NCBI RefSeq assembly: GCF_002113885.1
Contig: NW_018404269.1
Span: forward strand, 806,028 to 870,027
Length of the DNA stretch: 64,000 nucleotides
Reading direction: 5' to 3'
Source of the DNA: Mizuhopecten yessoensis
Taxonomy: Eukaryota
The stretch's first letter is position 1, and every line of letters begins with the position of its first letter. Of this stretch, positions 36,354 through 49,613 are shown in pieces. The notes under the pieces are model-generated. The model ran no database searches and was not told the origin of the DNA. It saw only the letters and a list, made by a program, of their open reading frames with translations. The translations under genes and the position numbers were made by a program.

Positions 36354-36497
36354 GTCCCCTAGCCAGCATGCTGTGTAACCGGTTTTCCTGTCGGACGGTG
36401 ACTATCATCGGAAGCCTGGTGTCAGCGATCTCTGTCCTCGCCAGTGGCTTCGTTACCAATCTTTTCTTCCTATACCTCACAAATGGTCTTCTACTGG
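36354..36497 (+). CDS. SLC16/MCT-family protein, coding exon 3
   Basis: tttttag|GPLASMLCNRFSCRTVTIIGSLV...LYLTNGLLL-G|gtaaga; 144 nt; MFS loop-2 motif. Confidence 0.95.
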
Positions 36498-36879
36498 GTA
36501 AGAAGTCTTATCACATTGATTTTTTTACATTTATTCTCCCTTATTTATGAAACACCTGTTTTTATGAGAGCCTATTAATGTCTTGCATGTTAATAGAAAG
36601 TTCAATGAAAATAGTCAAATAATTAATTCATAATGAAAATTGATTTTTCTGGTGTACCCTGACGTGAGATCGATATATAAGTGCAATATGAATATCACCA
36701 TCATGTTCCTTTGTCCCCAGGTCTGTCGAACCTATGCCTGTACATCGCTGTAATATAATGGGCCATCCTTTGTTGTTATAATTAAGACTAAACATGATTA
36801 AAAAGCACAAGTCGTATCAGTTATTGATTGCAAAACAGGTTGGCAGACTAAGCAGCAATTGATAAAGGGTGTTGGTAAT

Positions 36880-38200
36880 GTGGTAGTATGAAAGCGCAGA
36901 CGTTTGCTACTTGGTAGATTGTTACTATGGTAGTAACTAATATGTGTTACTGTTGTAAATTGTTACCATGGTTAGACTGATATCTGCTACGCTGGTAGAC
37001 GGTTACTGCTGTAGTACAACCGTTTGTGATTGGTGTAGATCGTTACTATAGTGATAAGTTACCATGGTTATACAGACGTTTGTTACGTTGGTAGGCTGTT
37101 ATATATGGCAGCACAACTGTATGTCACTATAGAGGATTGCTATTTAAGTAGCACAGATGTTTCAAACTGTGGTTAATTGTTACTTTGGCAAAACAAATAT
37201 TTGTTACTGTGGTAGAGTGTTACTTTTGAAATACGTTACCATGGTTATACAAACGTTTGTTATTTGGTAGTATCTATGGCAGTACAAATGTTTGCTTCCG
37301 TGGTAAATTGTAGCTATGGTATTACAAATGTTTGCTACTGTGGTAAATTGTAGCTATGGTAGTACAAATGTTTGTTTCCGTGGTAAATTGTAGCTATGGC
37401 AATACAAATGTTTGCTACTGTAGTGAATTGTAGCTATGGTATTACAAATGTTTGCTACTGTGGTAAATTGTAGCTATGGTTTACAAGTGTTTGCTACTGT
37501 TGTACATTGTAGCTATGGTATTACAAATGTTTGCTACTGCTGTAAATTGTAGCTATGGTAGTACAAATGTTTGCTACTTCGGTTAATTATAACTATGGTA
37601 TTATAAATGTTTGCTTCCGTGGTATATTGTAGTTATGGCAATACAAATGTTTGCTACCGTGGTGAATTGTAGCTATGGTATTACAAATGTTTGCTACTGT
37701 GGTAAATTGTAGCTATCGTATTACAAATGTTTGCTACTGTGGTAAATTATAACTATGATATTGCAAATGTTTGCTACTGGGTAAATTGTAGTTATGGTAT
37801 TACAAACGTTTGCTACTGTGGTAAATTGTAGCTATGGTAGTACAAATGTTTGCTACTGTGGTAAATTGTAGCTATGGTATTACAAATGTTTGCTACTGTG
37901 GTAAATTATAGTTATGGCAATACAAATGTTTGCTACTATGGTAAATTGTAGCTATGGTAATACAAATGTTTGTTACTGTGGTAAATTGTAGTTATGGTAT
38001 TACAAACGTTTGCTACTGTGGTAAATTGTAGCTATGGTAGTACAAATGTTTGATACTGTGATAAATTGTAGTTATAGCAATATAAATGTTTGCTACTGTG
38101 GTAAATTGTAGCTATGGAAGTACAAATGTTTACTACTGTGGTAAATTGTAGTTATAGCAATACAAATGTTTGCTACTGTGGTAAATTGTTACTATGGGAC
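36880..38200 (+). repeat. Minisatellite, 40-bp unit (GTGGTAAATTGTAGCTATGGTATTACAAATGTTTGCTACT)
   Basis: Regular 40-bp period from about 37280 to 38200, with degenerate copies back to about 36880. Confidence 0.95.
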
Positions 38201-38612
38201 TACATATATGTATAACATGCAGTTCAAATTCAAATAAGTCTGATGAAAGAATTTAAATAAAAAACAGTACGATTTCCATAAATATATGAGGTATTGACAT
38301 TTTTAGTCCGAACTATTTTCCAAGATGCGCAATACATTTGACGGAAACTGCGATGTGAGCTATCACGAATAAGGATAGTGTTATATATACGATATACATA
38401 TTTATGAGAATGTAGTAGGCACCTGACTATCTCGTAGGAATAGTTATAGAGAATAATATATTATGTGCAAACTATACAGTTTATAAATCAAGACGATTTG
38501 TTTTAGCGTGATCTATTTTTATAAACTATACTATAACTGTTGAGTCACTCTGTTTACATCCTATTACGTATACATTATACGGTATATGACTTCTTAACCA
38601 CTGTATTTACAG

Positions 38613-38877
38613 GTATAGGCCAGGCGCTGATGTACACCACATCCGTCGCCATTGTAGGCCTGTATTTCCACTCGCGGAGAGGCACGGCGGTTGGTATTGC
38701 CAACGCCGGAGTAGGGGCTGGCACGTTTTTATTCCCGCCACTGCTGGAGATAATGTTTGGGCAGTATAGCTTTTTGGGAACATTCCTCATCATGGCCGGT
38801 CTGTTCCTCAACGGGGTGGTGTGTGGCGCCCTCTACCGGCCTCTCAATGTAGATGAGGAGCTGGTTGTTGAGTACAA
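38613..38877 (+). CDS. SLC16/MCT-family protein, coding exon 4
   Basis: tttacag|GIGQALMYTT...YFHSRRGTAVGIANAGVGAG...CGALYRP...EY-N|gtatgt. The YFxxRRxxAxG motif is typical of MCTs. 265 nt. Confidence 0.95.
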
Positions 38878-39599
38878 GTATGTATTCCTATGTACTGAAA
38901 ATACATTGGTGGCACATATCCACATAAATCGAAGGGGATATTGCATTTGCGTCCATCTGTTAGTTTAAATTTTCGTTTCTTCTCAATTCGCTTTTAGTCC
39001 CATTACAAAACTTTTACATATAGGCCCTGCGACAATGGCTAGGAATTTAGACACAAGTGTGTAATTCAAACAGACGGATGCTTTATTTTGCCCATCAACA
39101 AGATGGCGAATTCAACACGAGGTCAATTATATGTAACATCTGTCTTATACTGACAGTCGAAACAACCTCGAACGGCACAGTGAAATGAAAACAGGAAGAA
39201 CATTGCTTACTTCTTGATGTTTCTTTATGTTATACTCCCAACCAATGTTCCTCTAAGGATCCACTCTGATGGACTCCAATTGTCGTTATAAATATATTTT
39301 TCACTTCCAGTTGGTTCGCTAATAGTGTTGTTGTTTTTTGTATTTTACATTCTGTTCCGTTTCAAAACCTTCCATTCTCTTTTTGAAGCATTGAGGTCCG
39401 ATTATTTATTTAATTCAGCTTTTGTTCTAATGGAGAAATCATTTTTCCGAATTGATGTCCTTTTGTGACTTGGAAGTATTTTCATGGAATTTTCCCTTAC
39501 ACTTCATCCTTCTGTGATATTCTTATGAAATTTGTTGCCGTTTTATTATGTTTTCCGCGCACTTTCTCGTACATTCCCGTGATCACGCCTCTCGTACGC

Positions 39600-40790
39600 T
39601 GATATGCTAGCGTTGGAAGTTTTGGCATTTGTTTTTCTATCGAGATAGGTGAGATTATCCATGCCAGGTGATTGTTTAGTTGTTTTCCTCTGCACCTAGT
39701 TTCCTCTCTCTGTTTACTGTGTCACATAGTGTGTTGATAGTTCCAGTCCTTAACATGTCCTTATCAATTTCCATATTCACACCGTTACTCATTGATCTTT
39801 TCCCTACCCTTACGTTCAACTCTGTGTTTGAAATAATACACAACCACCTGATCTTCTTATATCTGCAGGCTCTGTCTTCTGCATAGGCAACATTGGAAGG
39901 ACTAACCTTAATGTGCTGCCTGCAGTGCAACATTTGAAACATCTGTGTTTTCTTATCTCTACGACTTGCTCTTTCTTCTCGGCCATGTTTCCCTAAGCAC
40001 TCCTGGTCACCTTGTTGTCAGGATAATGTAACATGCTGAAGTGAGTCATTGTGTAGTTTCCATCATCTGTGGAAACCGTCTTTATACGACACTTGGCCGT
40101 GGCGAGGACGCAAACTCATAAGAAAATCAGCAGCCAAATAAGCAATTAGCAAACTTCCAAGTCTGGTTCCAAATTTCTTGATCGCATCCCTAGCTTTTTT
40201 ATCCTGCTTCTGAAGTCGTTGTCATCTTCATTATTAGTTACAGTGCCATCCACGTATACATATTAAGCCACATCATTCAGCCTCCTCCTTAGTGAATATC
40301 CTAGATTTTAAGAAACCTTTATATTGTATTCGAGAATAGGAGGTCGTTCAACGCTCAGTTATGTTTAACTAGCAGCCCGAAACAATGGCAACCTCATCTT
40401 GTATACTTTTAATACTTTCCCCAAAAATCTCACATTGCATTAATGAATGCCGTAATCGATTTCGAGTGGTCACATATCCTAGGAGTACCTTTCTCAGGAA
40501 CTTTCAGAGTTCTTTCCTCAATACTCTGCTATTTTGTTATGATCCCAAATGATAACGGAAAGCTTCTTCAGCTTTTGAACAGTTGTTGTGGAAGTTGCTT
40601 TCAGTAACTTCGTCATAGTATTGTCAGGTAAAACATATAGTGGTATAGTTATGCGGGATCCGTTAGAACAGTTCTCATCACATTTTCCTCTGTAAGTAGT
40701 AAGTATTTTGCTGTATTTGTCCTGCACTTTCTTCCTTCTGTATCATATTCATTTTCCTGGTTTCAACCAGTGCCCATCAGGAGCGTAGTT
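39600..40790 (-). mobile_element. Heavily decayed LINE remnant (RTE-like) in an MCT intron
   Basis: Fragmented - strand frames resemble RTE ORF2 (ITIPLY.LPD near 40650; KIRW...ISN.EL near 39850), with many stops. Confidence 0.4.
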
Positions 40791-42143
40791 AGCCTTTGTT
40801 CAGAGACGATTAATTAAGTAGCGGATCCAGGGCAGTGCCTTGGTACGGGAACAAAGGGGTTCAACAAGTCGTGTTTTTTTCTGTTTGAAAATTGATTTGA
40901 TTCACCTGCCTACCAGCGTACAGGCAGCTAGGCACTCTGCCATTACCGTCTAAATCCGTCGTTTCTAGTTATTTTTTCACCATTTAGTTCTCTCGCTGTT
41001 ACAATAGATATATCACGTTTGAACAAATTTGGACAAAAATAGTTTACAACGGAGCCTGCCCGGATATTGACTGCTTTCCAAAATGAATTTCGGAAAAAAA
41101 TCCGGGATTCAAGCGAATTGCCCACACCTGTAGAGGTTCAATATGTACAAGGTCCTCTGATGAGAAAAGCAAGTCAAACATTGCTGCGCTATCGTGTTTT
41201 GATGAAATATATAATGATAAATGTTGTTAAAAGATTACTTTGTTGAAACTGTGAATTATTTCTAACTGGTTTGCAAAATGTAATGTACTTTATGTTCCTC
41301 TTACCATGTTTTTCTTTGTCAAATGCCATTTATTTTTCATTCTATATCCTGTAATATATTAGCACAAACGTACATTACACCTGTAAGGAGTGACACTATG
41401 TTCGTGTATCTTTGTTTTTTAAAACATGAATCTTATAAAATTATTGAATACTTCACATAAAGAATACGTCTCGCAAGACTTTACGTGTGAGGGATATTCA
41501 ATCACTCCTGCAAGATACTGATTTTTGGAATATGTCTTTATGTCGCTTGATAATTCTTTATCTCGTTTCACGTGGTTGTATGCACTTGTACATGCTGTAA
41601 GCCAGGTAACAGGTTGGAGAACTGTTTTTTTTTGCAAGTGTGACAAATAATCATATTGAAAATCAAGTTAAATGTATATAAAGGTTATATGTAACAATGT
41701 GAGCATTAGTTAATCATTAGTACTGACAAACGGGCTTTAATAATATATTAAATATTATGTTGGGTTTTACCTTTTTAATGTTATATGAGATAAAGCTCTT
41801 TAAATCTTGAGAGCCTTTTCGTTTGTTCAAGCGTTTAAAGATTACTCATAGTTATGGATAGTTTTCAAAGCGGCACATGTAAATAAAGTGTCCATTTCCT
41901 GATTGTCAAAAGGATTTTATCGTCTTTTAAATTTTCAAAACATAGATAAACACGGCCTATTCATTAAAATCATTGGATTTGACACCTCCCTCCCAGACCA
42001 AACTGAATATTAAAAATCAATCTGATAATTTATTAATAAACAAGTCTGCTAGAGATCCCTGAATTTTTTTTAATCAAGATTCATTCTCTGAAAACGCTTT
42101 AAAATGGTATCGATTTCAAAACAGCTGTTCTTGTTTTTTTCAG

Positions 42144-43084
42144 TGAGCCACACAATGGCAGTCATAAAGTAACGGAGAATGGTAGCGTTATTCTGTTCCA
42201 CTTCTCGCGAGATGACCTGCGTGCATTGTCGCATTCCAGTTTGTGCTATGATATAAATATACTGGGGAGCATTCAGCACCTCAACAAGCCAACAAACTTC
42301 AACTTTATCCAGGTACCCGGCTGTACGTCGGGGTCAACGGGAGATATTATGGGACAACATGGTAGATTAAGGGCGGACAGTGAGTCCCGCAGTCGGAGAG
42401 CAATGCCTCTTCTGGGGTCAGATTTTGACTTGACAAATGAGAGGATCAGATCCGGAAGTGATATCACACCTCTCCAAAAGCAGGCATTTCTTAACAACAT
42501 GAACGCCAAATCAGACATGTTGCAGGTTACAGGAATAAAACGGTTGAAAAGTGAAACTTTATCGGAACCAGAATCAGATGAAACGGCAGTCGATGTTAGC
42601 AAAAAGAAAGTACTCGATCTGTCTCCTCTAAAGGACCTTCGGTTCGCTACCCTGGGCGTGGGTATCGGCCTTCTTACATTGTCATTCCAGTCTTCGTTTG
42701 TGTTCCTTCCCCCGCTCGTGCTACAAAAGGGTTTGTCAGAGAGCCAGGGTGCTTTTCTAGTCTCTATAACAGGTGCTATGGAAACGTTTGGTAGCGTGTC
42801 GTCTGGTTTCCTGGTTGACCTTGACGTTGTGCGACCACACCGCCTTACATTCTACAACGCTGCCATGGTGTTGCTAGGTGTGCTTACGTTGGCGATGCCC
42901 TTCCTTGATTTCTTCGTCCTACTTGCGTTTGTTTGCGGCGTTTACGGCTGTGTGCTCGGTATGTGTCTAGCACAGAAGGCTACGTTTGTCGTGGATATCA
43001 CAGGAATCGATAATCTTGTCAGCTCCTTCGGGATTCTCGTCTGTTTTCAGGGTATCGGTACCCTTATAGGACCGCCACTAGCAG
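42144..43084 (+). CDS. SLC16/MCT-family protein, coding exon 5 (large cytoplasmic loop plus TM7-11)
   Basis: ttttttcag|T GAG CCA... is in frame with the ORF at 42226-43140: LDLSPLKDLRF...GLSESQGAFLVSITG...LIGPPLAG|gtaact; 941 nt. Confidence 0.93.
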
Positions 43085-43659
43085 GTAACTTTCTATTTTA
43101 TGATACAGCACTCACATTGTTTACAAAATATAAGCGGTAAGAACGCTTTTTGACCTTAAATGCACATTAATACAGAATAATTATTGTATTATCAACAGCG
43201 AGATTATATAATATATTTATCATATTTCTAGTATTGAAATTTCCGTCATTTCATTAGGAATGTTTTGACTTCGTAATTTAAACGTTTTTTAATTCACATT
43301 GCTTATTTACTGCGGACCTGAACATGTGGCTGGAAATGAAAATAGTTGGGTGTTTACTTCATGCTTATTGTTCTTACTCAAGATTGAAAAGTGGACAAAT
43401 ATATGCATTATTTGAAATCTGCTAATATCTAACATAAGCATTCTTTTATTTGAAAGCTGCATTTGCAGATAAAATAGAAAGGAGGGTACCAACTACCTTA
43501 TGACATGTATATTTACTTAAGATTCCCTTTTTTGCATGTGAATTGTACAAATAAGTCTTTTAATTAATCCTCAATGCTTTTTATGTGTAAATTTTGTTTT
43601 ATCCTATTATATTTGCAAAGTCGTGTAATGATAAGTACCTAAAATTGTTACCTTTACAG

Positions 43660-43793
43660 GTGCTATAAAAGACATGACGGGACGTTACACGGACGGATTC
43701 CTAGTAGGAGGCGTCATATTGATAATCGCCGGTTTTATACAGGCCGGTGGCCTCCTTCTTCATCGTCTCTCTCACAGTAAGAAGGACACATAG
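43660..43793 (+). CDS. SLC16/MCT-family protein, last coding exon; 598 aa in total
   Basis: tttacag|GAIKDMTGRYTDGFLVGGVILIIAGFIQAGGLLLHRLSHSKKDT*. Exon lengths sum to 1797 nt = 599 codons. Confidence 0.93.
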
Positions 43794-45289
43794 ACATTGC
43801 AACACATAGACAGCACGTCAAAGTTTGTAAATCCATGTATCAAGAGATGTACTGCAATGTACTTGGTCGATAGGCTTTGAATTACGAGGGCAAGAACATT
43901 ATTCTCGAGGGAAAGGAGCGAAAGAATGTATGATATAGAAAGAATGTAATCAACATTGGCGGAGTACCAAAACGAAATTTCCACTGGAATTCAAGTCCGA
44001 TTTCCGCTTTCATGTTGAAGTCTCAGGTATAGACAGAAATTGCAAAAATACGCCGAAATAGTTTTGTAAGAGAACAAATGCTTCAATGGTGACTTTTTTA
44101 ATGGAAAACTCGGAATACAGTATCAACCCACGACATGGTGCTGCTACAAAAGACTGCTCCTAATAGTATATATATAGCCACATCGTGCCTAAACTGTTAG
44201 CTTTAGGCTTGTATATCGCTCGAGCAATTTATTTTCGCGAGCACTTGCTGATGCAATACGTATATGTGACTTATTCGCGAGCAAATCACTTTCACATTCC
44301 ATGCTTAACTGCTTAACATGTGTCTTTACGAAGGATACTTCGCGACATATATGTTTAAGAGAACTGTATCAGCCGGACTGCAATAACATCAAAGAGTGAG
44401 AGGAAAAGGATATACATGTGTGTGAAGTAAAGATAGTTTGACGATGATAGTGATTGTTTGGAATACCTGTCATTCCGAACGCTATTTAGACACGTACAGA
44501 TCCGCTACAGGCGGTATATTAGTGCCTTATAGTTTCTTTCTTTATGATTTACATAACTCAGCTGAGCACATGATGAGAAAATTTATGAAGGCCTTCGCCT
44601 GAGTTAACTATTTACCCAACATATTCAAATCTCAAGTTACAGTTTCCACCTTATAATTAACATACAAATGATCTTTGAAACGAGCATGCATATGTTTGTA
44701 ATCCTTTTTAGTCACCTGTCTTTAAATATGACACATTTCGTTGATAATCAACAAACTTTGAGCATTTCCTGATTACAATAAATATTCGTTTGGATGTAAA
44801 ACCCGTCCTCTAGCACTTTGGAATTGTTTCAGTGTCTGTAGGTTGCATGCTGGCCTCTGCTGAAAATCAAAACGTGGCAACACGTCTGATCACATGAAAA
44901 GGGTTTGGACGTCTGAAGATACAGCCGATTGAATATTTAATTTTCTAGGTCATGCTTCATTATTTGTTGGACAAAACTGCATTTCATTGCAATATTTGTT
45001 TTTATTACGATGGAATATGTTACTCGAGATTCGAAGGTATTGGTAGACATACACCGAATGTCTGTGGGCTTTCGTTGATTAGTTTTTCAACATTTCTGAT
45101 TTGAGTTTTATATTCTACCACACAATGCATGACCATATGTTGACCTTCGTCATACTTTCACTGCAGTTACACGGTAGAAAATTCAAGACTAACGTTTTAA
45201 ACACGGTAATTTTCTAACTATTCGATAATTGGCTGATTGTTTTAGCACTTTAAATAATAGTATATGTAATGTTAATCCACATAAATTAT

Positions 45290-45760
45290 GACGAATGCAA
45301 GAAATATTATGTAGTATCTTAGATACAAGAAATCTGTCGGAGTATGTAAGAAACAAGAAATATGATGTGTTACGTTAGAGACAAGAGATATGATGTGGTT
45401 ATTTATTACAAGAAATAAAATGTGGCATGTAAGTAACAGGAAATATATTGTGTTATTTAAGATACAAGAAACATGATGTGGTTTGATAAAAACAAGAAAA
45501 ATAATGTGATATGTTGTATACAATAATGATGTGGTATTTGAAATACAAGAAAAATGATGTGGCATTTTAGATGCAAGAATTATGATGTGGTATTTTAGAT
45601 GCAAGAAATATGATGTGGTATTTTAGATGCAAGAAATATGATGTGGTATTTTAGATGCAAGAAATATGATTTGGTCTGTTACATAAAGATATACAATGTG
45701 GTATTCTAAATACAAAGAAATATAATCTAATGTGTTTGATACAAATAAAATATTATGTTT
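45290..45760 (+). repeat. Degenerate ~28-32-bp tandem repeat
   Basis: ATGCAAGAAATATGATGTGGTATTTTAG, with near-perfect copies at about 45570-45670. Confidence 0.85.
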
Positions 45761-45878
45761 TAAGTTGCGTTGTAACCGTAGATTAAATTGTCTTGTTTAA
45801 CAAAAAATACGCCATGTTCTTGCAATTAATATGTCGTTTCTCATCAAAGTCAATATACGCTAAAAGAGTGAGGCTAAG

Positions 45879-46292
45879 CTTAATAAAGTCATTGTTCGCT
45901 TAACAAAGTCATTGTACGCTTAATAAAGTCATTGGTCTCTTAATAAAGTCATTGTACGCTTAACAAAGTCATTGTACGCTTAATAAAGTCATTGGTCGCT
46001 TAATAAAGTCATTGTTCGCTTAATGAAGTCATTGTTCTCTTAACGAAGTCATTGTGCTCTTAACGAAGTCATTGTGCTCTTAACGAAGTCATTGTACGCT
46101 TAATAAAGTAATTTGCACGCTTAATAAAGTCATTGTACGCTTAATAAAGTCATTGTACGCTTAATAAAGTCATTGTTCGCTTAATAAAGTCATTTACACG
46201 CTTAATAAAGTCATTGTACGCTTGATAAAGTCATTGTTCGCTTAATAAAGTCATTGTTCGCTTAACGAAGTCATTGTGGTCTTAATAAAGCC
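45879..46292 (+). repeat. Minisatellite, 20-bp unit (CTTAATAAAGTCATTGTACG), about 21 copies
   Basis: Direct 20-bp periodicity; 13 units carry AATAAA. Confidence 0.97.
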
Positions 46293-48587
46293 ATTTGCTA
46301 TTCTTTTCATGTTCTTTTAATTTAGGTCGTTTGTGACTTTAATTAAGCTCATGAAATATCAAGTGTCTGCCTGTTTTATGTGTTATGGCATATATTTTTG
46401 ATCAGGGCTGATATTGGTCGAGGGCTGATACGGAGTAGGATATGGAATTGGTCACATAATAACCTCTAACTACACAATTTTAAAAGATTTTGCGATACAG
46501 AAAATACCTTTGTAATTAACCCAATTTAATCTTGAAAGTGTGTGTATTGTACGCAATATTCCTGATAGAGTTTGGAGTGTTTGTAGCAATAAACGAAAGC
46601 CACCAATGTTACGTCATTGTAGTTTAAGCAACGTGCTCGCTGTAAACGTATTTGACTGACCTGATGCCAGTATATTATTATATTTATACATATATATTAT
46701 ATTGTTATCCAAGTTTACAATGGTTAACTGTTTTGTTTTGTCTATGATTGTATATGTACGTTTGTTCCTTAAGGGGAAGCAACTGATAACGTGAGTATGC
46801 ATTTTTATTATGAAAGGAGATGTGTTGTTATCCATGTGTAGGAGGTTAACTTATTATTGCTACTACAACCTTATAATTATGTTTGTTTGTTCGGGCAAGG
46901 GAAGTAACTGAAGACGCGAGTATGATTTTTTTAAGAAATGGAGATATGTTATTATCCAAGTTTAGTATTTAGTTGTTAAGACGACTGTATCAGTGTACAG
47001 AACACGCATGCTACTCATTAAGGGGAGGTAAATGAGGCATGGCGACGAATAAAAGAATGGTTGTTGGTTGTCGTCTGTTTTTGTTGTTATTACATTTGTA
47101 TACATACGAGTATGCGTAGTTTGCTCTTCTGTTTTTCAACACGAAAACATTCTAGAATTCTAGGAATAGCATCTTTCTACACCACAAATAGGAACAGGAA
47201 TTTAAATATATGTAAGCGACTGGGTTGTATAAAATCAGAAATGTTACGAGAATACATTTCTACCCTCTTCTTTATGTTAAAGATATGAAGGAATTTCTAT
47301 CTTAAATTTTTGGAAAGTTAAACAATTTATAAACATTTTTTTTTACCAAATAGAGGAACATCCATTATTGCATGAACAGTGTAATGTTTTCATATTGTTA
47401 CGCTTTTCGTTAGAAGACAAACCCAAAGTTCGAATTTGACGTCACGACATATTTGATCCCCGATTTCGCTATCAGTATTGTGGTATGCTAATTATCCGAT
47501 CAGCATAAGTCACGAAATATTTCAATAACAATATTTTGTGTTGGTAAGCTTATTTAGAGACTGTATCATGGAAAATATTCCAATGCTATTTATTTCAATG
47601 TTATCAATGTTTCAACACTAAGTAACACAATACGACATGAAAATGATGGTCGATTGTGTCGCGTGCACCAGCTGGTGACCTTAACTGAGATTATATTGTA
47701 TCTGGGTTATCTGATACTGGACTGTACCTATATCGGTAGTACCACACACTTACCTGTACAGGTAACACTGACAAGTACCTTTATGGAGTAAACAGCACGA
47801 GAATAAACAAAACTGTATATCTCTCGAACCCGGATATAATTAAGAACTATTTGTTTCATAACACATATGGAGGCACGTCCTTAAATGACCTTTAATGTCT
47901 ATAAGACGTTTAACAAAATAAAACTCATCCAAACTATTTGTAAACTACATTTAAATGATGAGCAATGAGGTCCTTCTCTCACTGTTTCTCTCTGTAAAAA
48001 CAACCATACAACCTGTATCAACAGTAGCGTAATAGTATTGTCTTTTCCTTAACTGATGTCAATGTATCAATATAATTAATCGAATCACGTGAAGAACGCC
48101 CTTATCAAAAATATACAGAGAATACTACTTAACAAAATGTAAAACAAAAATAACGAAACTCGATAACTATATATGTATACTGTCCTCTTATTGAGGCGGT
48201 CATCACAATTCATGGGTTATTTTCCCCCTCAAATGAATCATTTAGTTGCAATTCATATATAGATTCAGCTGTTGTGTTTCACTTTATCTACTGATTAGGG
48301 TAAATAATAGCAATGCACGTGAGTGTTAATACGTGCATGTGTACATTGCTTTAAATTTTAAGATGGTATTGCCATTCTTACTTAAAAGTGTATCGTTTAA
48401 TGGCCTATCGTATTAAAATAAGCTTTATGTATCCAGGGTTGGGTTCAATGTCATGCTTCATCAAGTATTACGGGTATGTGTATATTTTATTTTTGTTTTT
48501 TTGTTTTTCATTATTTTATAAATAGCCATCAACCAGACATACAGTACACATAAACTCTCACATGCAGACAAAGGCAAGGGTTCTCAG

Positions 48588-48633
48588 TCATCATCATCAA
48601 CATCATCATCATCAGCAACAATCATCATCATCA
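48588..48633 (+). repeat. (CAT)n imperfect microsatellite
   Basis: catcatcatcaacatcatcatcatcagcaacaatcatcatcatcac. Confidence 0.85.
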
Positions 48634-49613
48634 CATATACACAATGACAGGTATATTACTAATGCCGAAACAGGTATTACCTCCCTTAGAATGTAGATCT
48701 ATGAATTTTACCTGACAATACCAAATGCCGAAAAGGGCCCGTTCTACATTAAACACCGTAACGGTAAACATTGCCTCCCCCGATAATCTTTACAAAGGTA
48801 TGCATCTCTATAAAATGTACTTCAAATTGTATTCAAGATTGCCGCCATGACCAAGTAGGCTCTGAAAACAGAAATTAGACGTTGTTTAATATGAATCAGT
48901 ATAATTCAGAGATTTTGGGATTTATTTTCTTGATTATTCTAAGTTATAAAGAAACATATTGGAAAATAATCTTTTCAATCAGATACTAGCCGCAAATATC
49001 CTGTTGTTTTATTTAAATGAATTTGATACTTTGGGACATCATGATTATTTCATCTTTTAAAATTACACTTCCGATTAAACTTTAGGCTATGGCCATGGAA
49101 TCTAATAATTAACTCTGTTACTATAACAAAAAATAAGGAAAAATATTATTGGTCAAATGTCAGTCATAAGTTTGTTCATATAAAAACAGGGAATTTAGTA
49201 ATTAGATACTTTGATCTTTTCATCACTTTCAGATACAGGGGCGTCAAAAAAACATCCAAAACAAAAATAGCAAAAGACACTTGTTACTATTTTCGATAAA
49301 TGCAAGTGTCTTCTTTGACTGATATTTAGCTGGATAATTCAAACGTGTTTTATACAGTAACATTGAAGCTCAGTTCTCATTCACGTATGAATGTAGTCGT
49401 AAATACACCACGGTTGATTTGAGATAGCCGTCCTTCTCCTTTGTGGCTAACAGAAATACGCGGACTGCCTACGAACGTATTGTTATACTTTGTTTACAAT
49501 ATAATGAACCCACGTATACAATGACGATTCAAATTTCAGTTTCCAGTTTTCCTATGTAGTAATTCAAGAAAATTCAATATTTCCTTGTCTCCAAGACATT
49601 ATTAAAGCATTAA

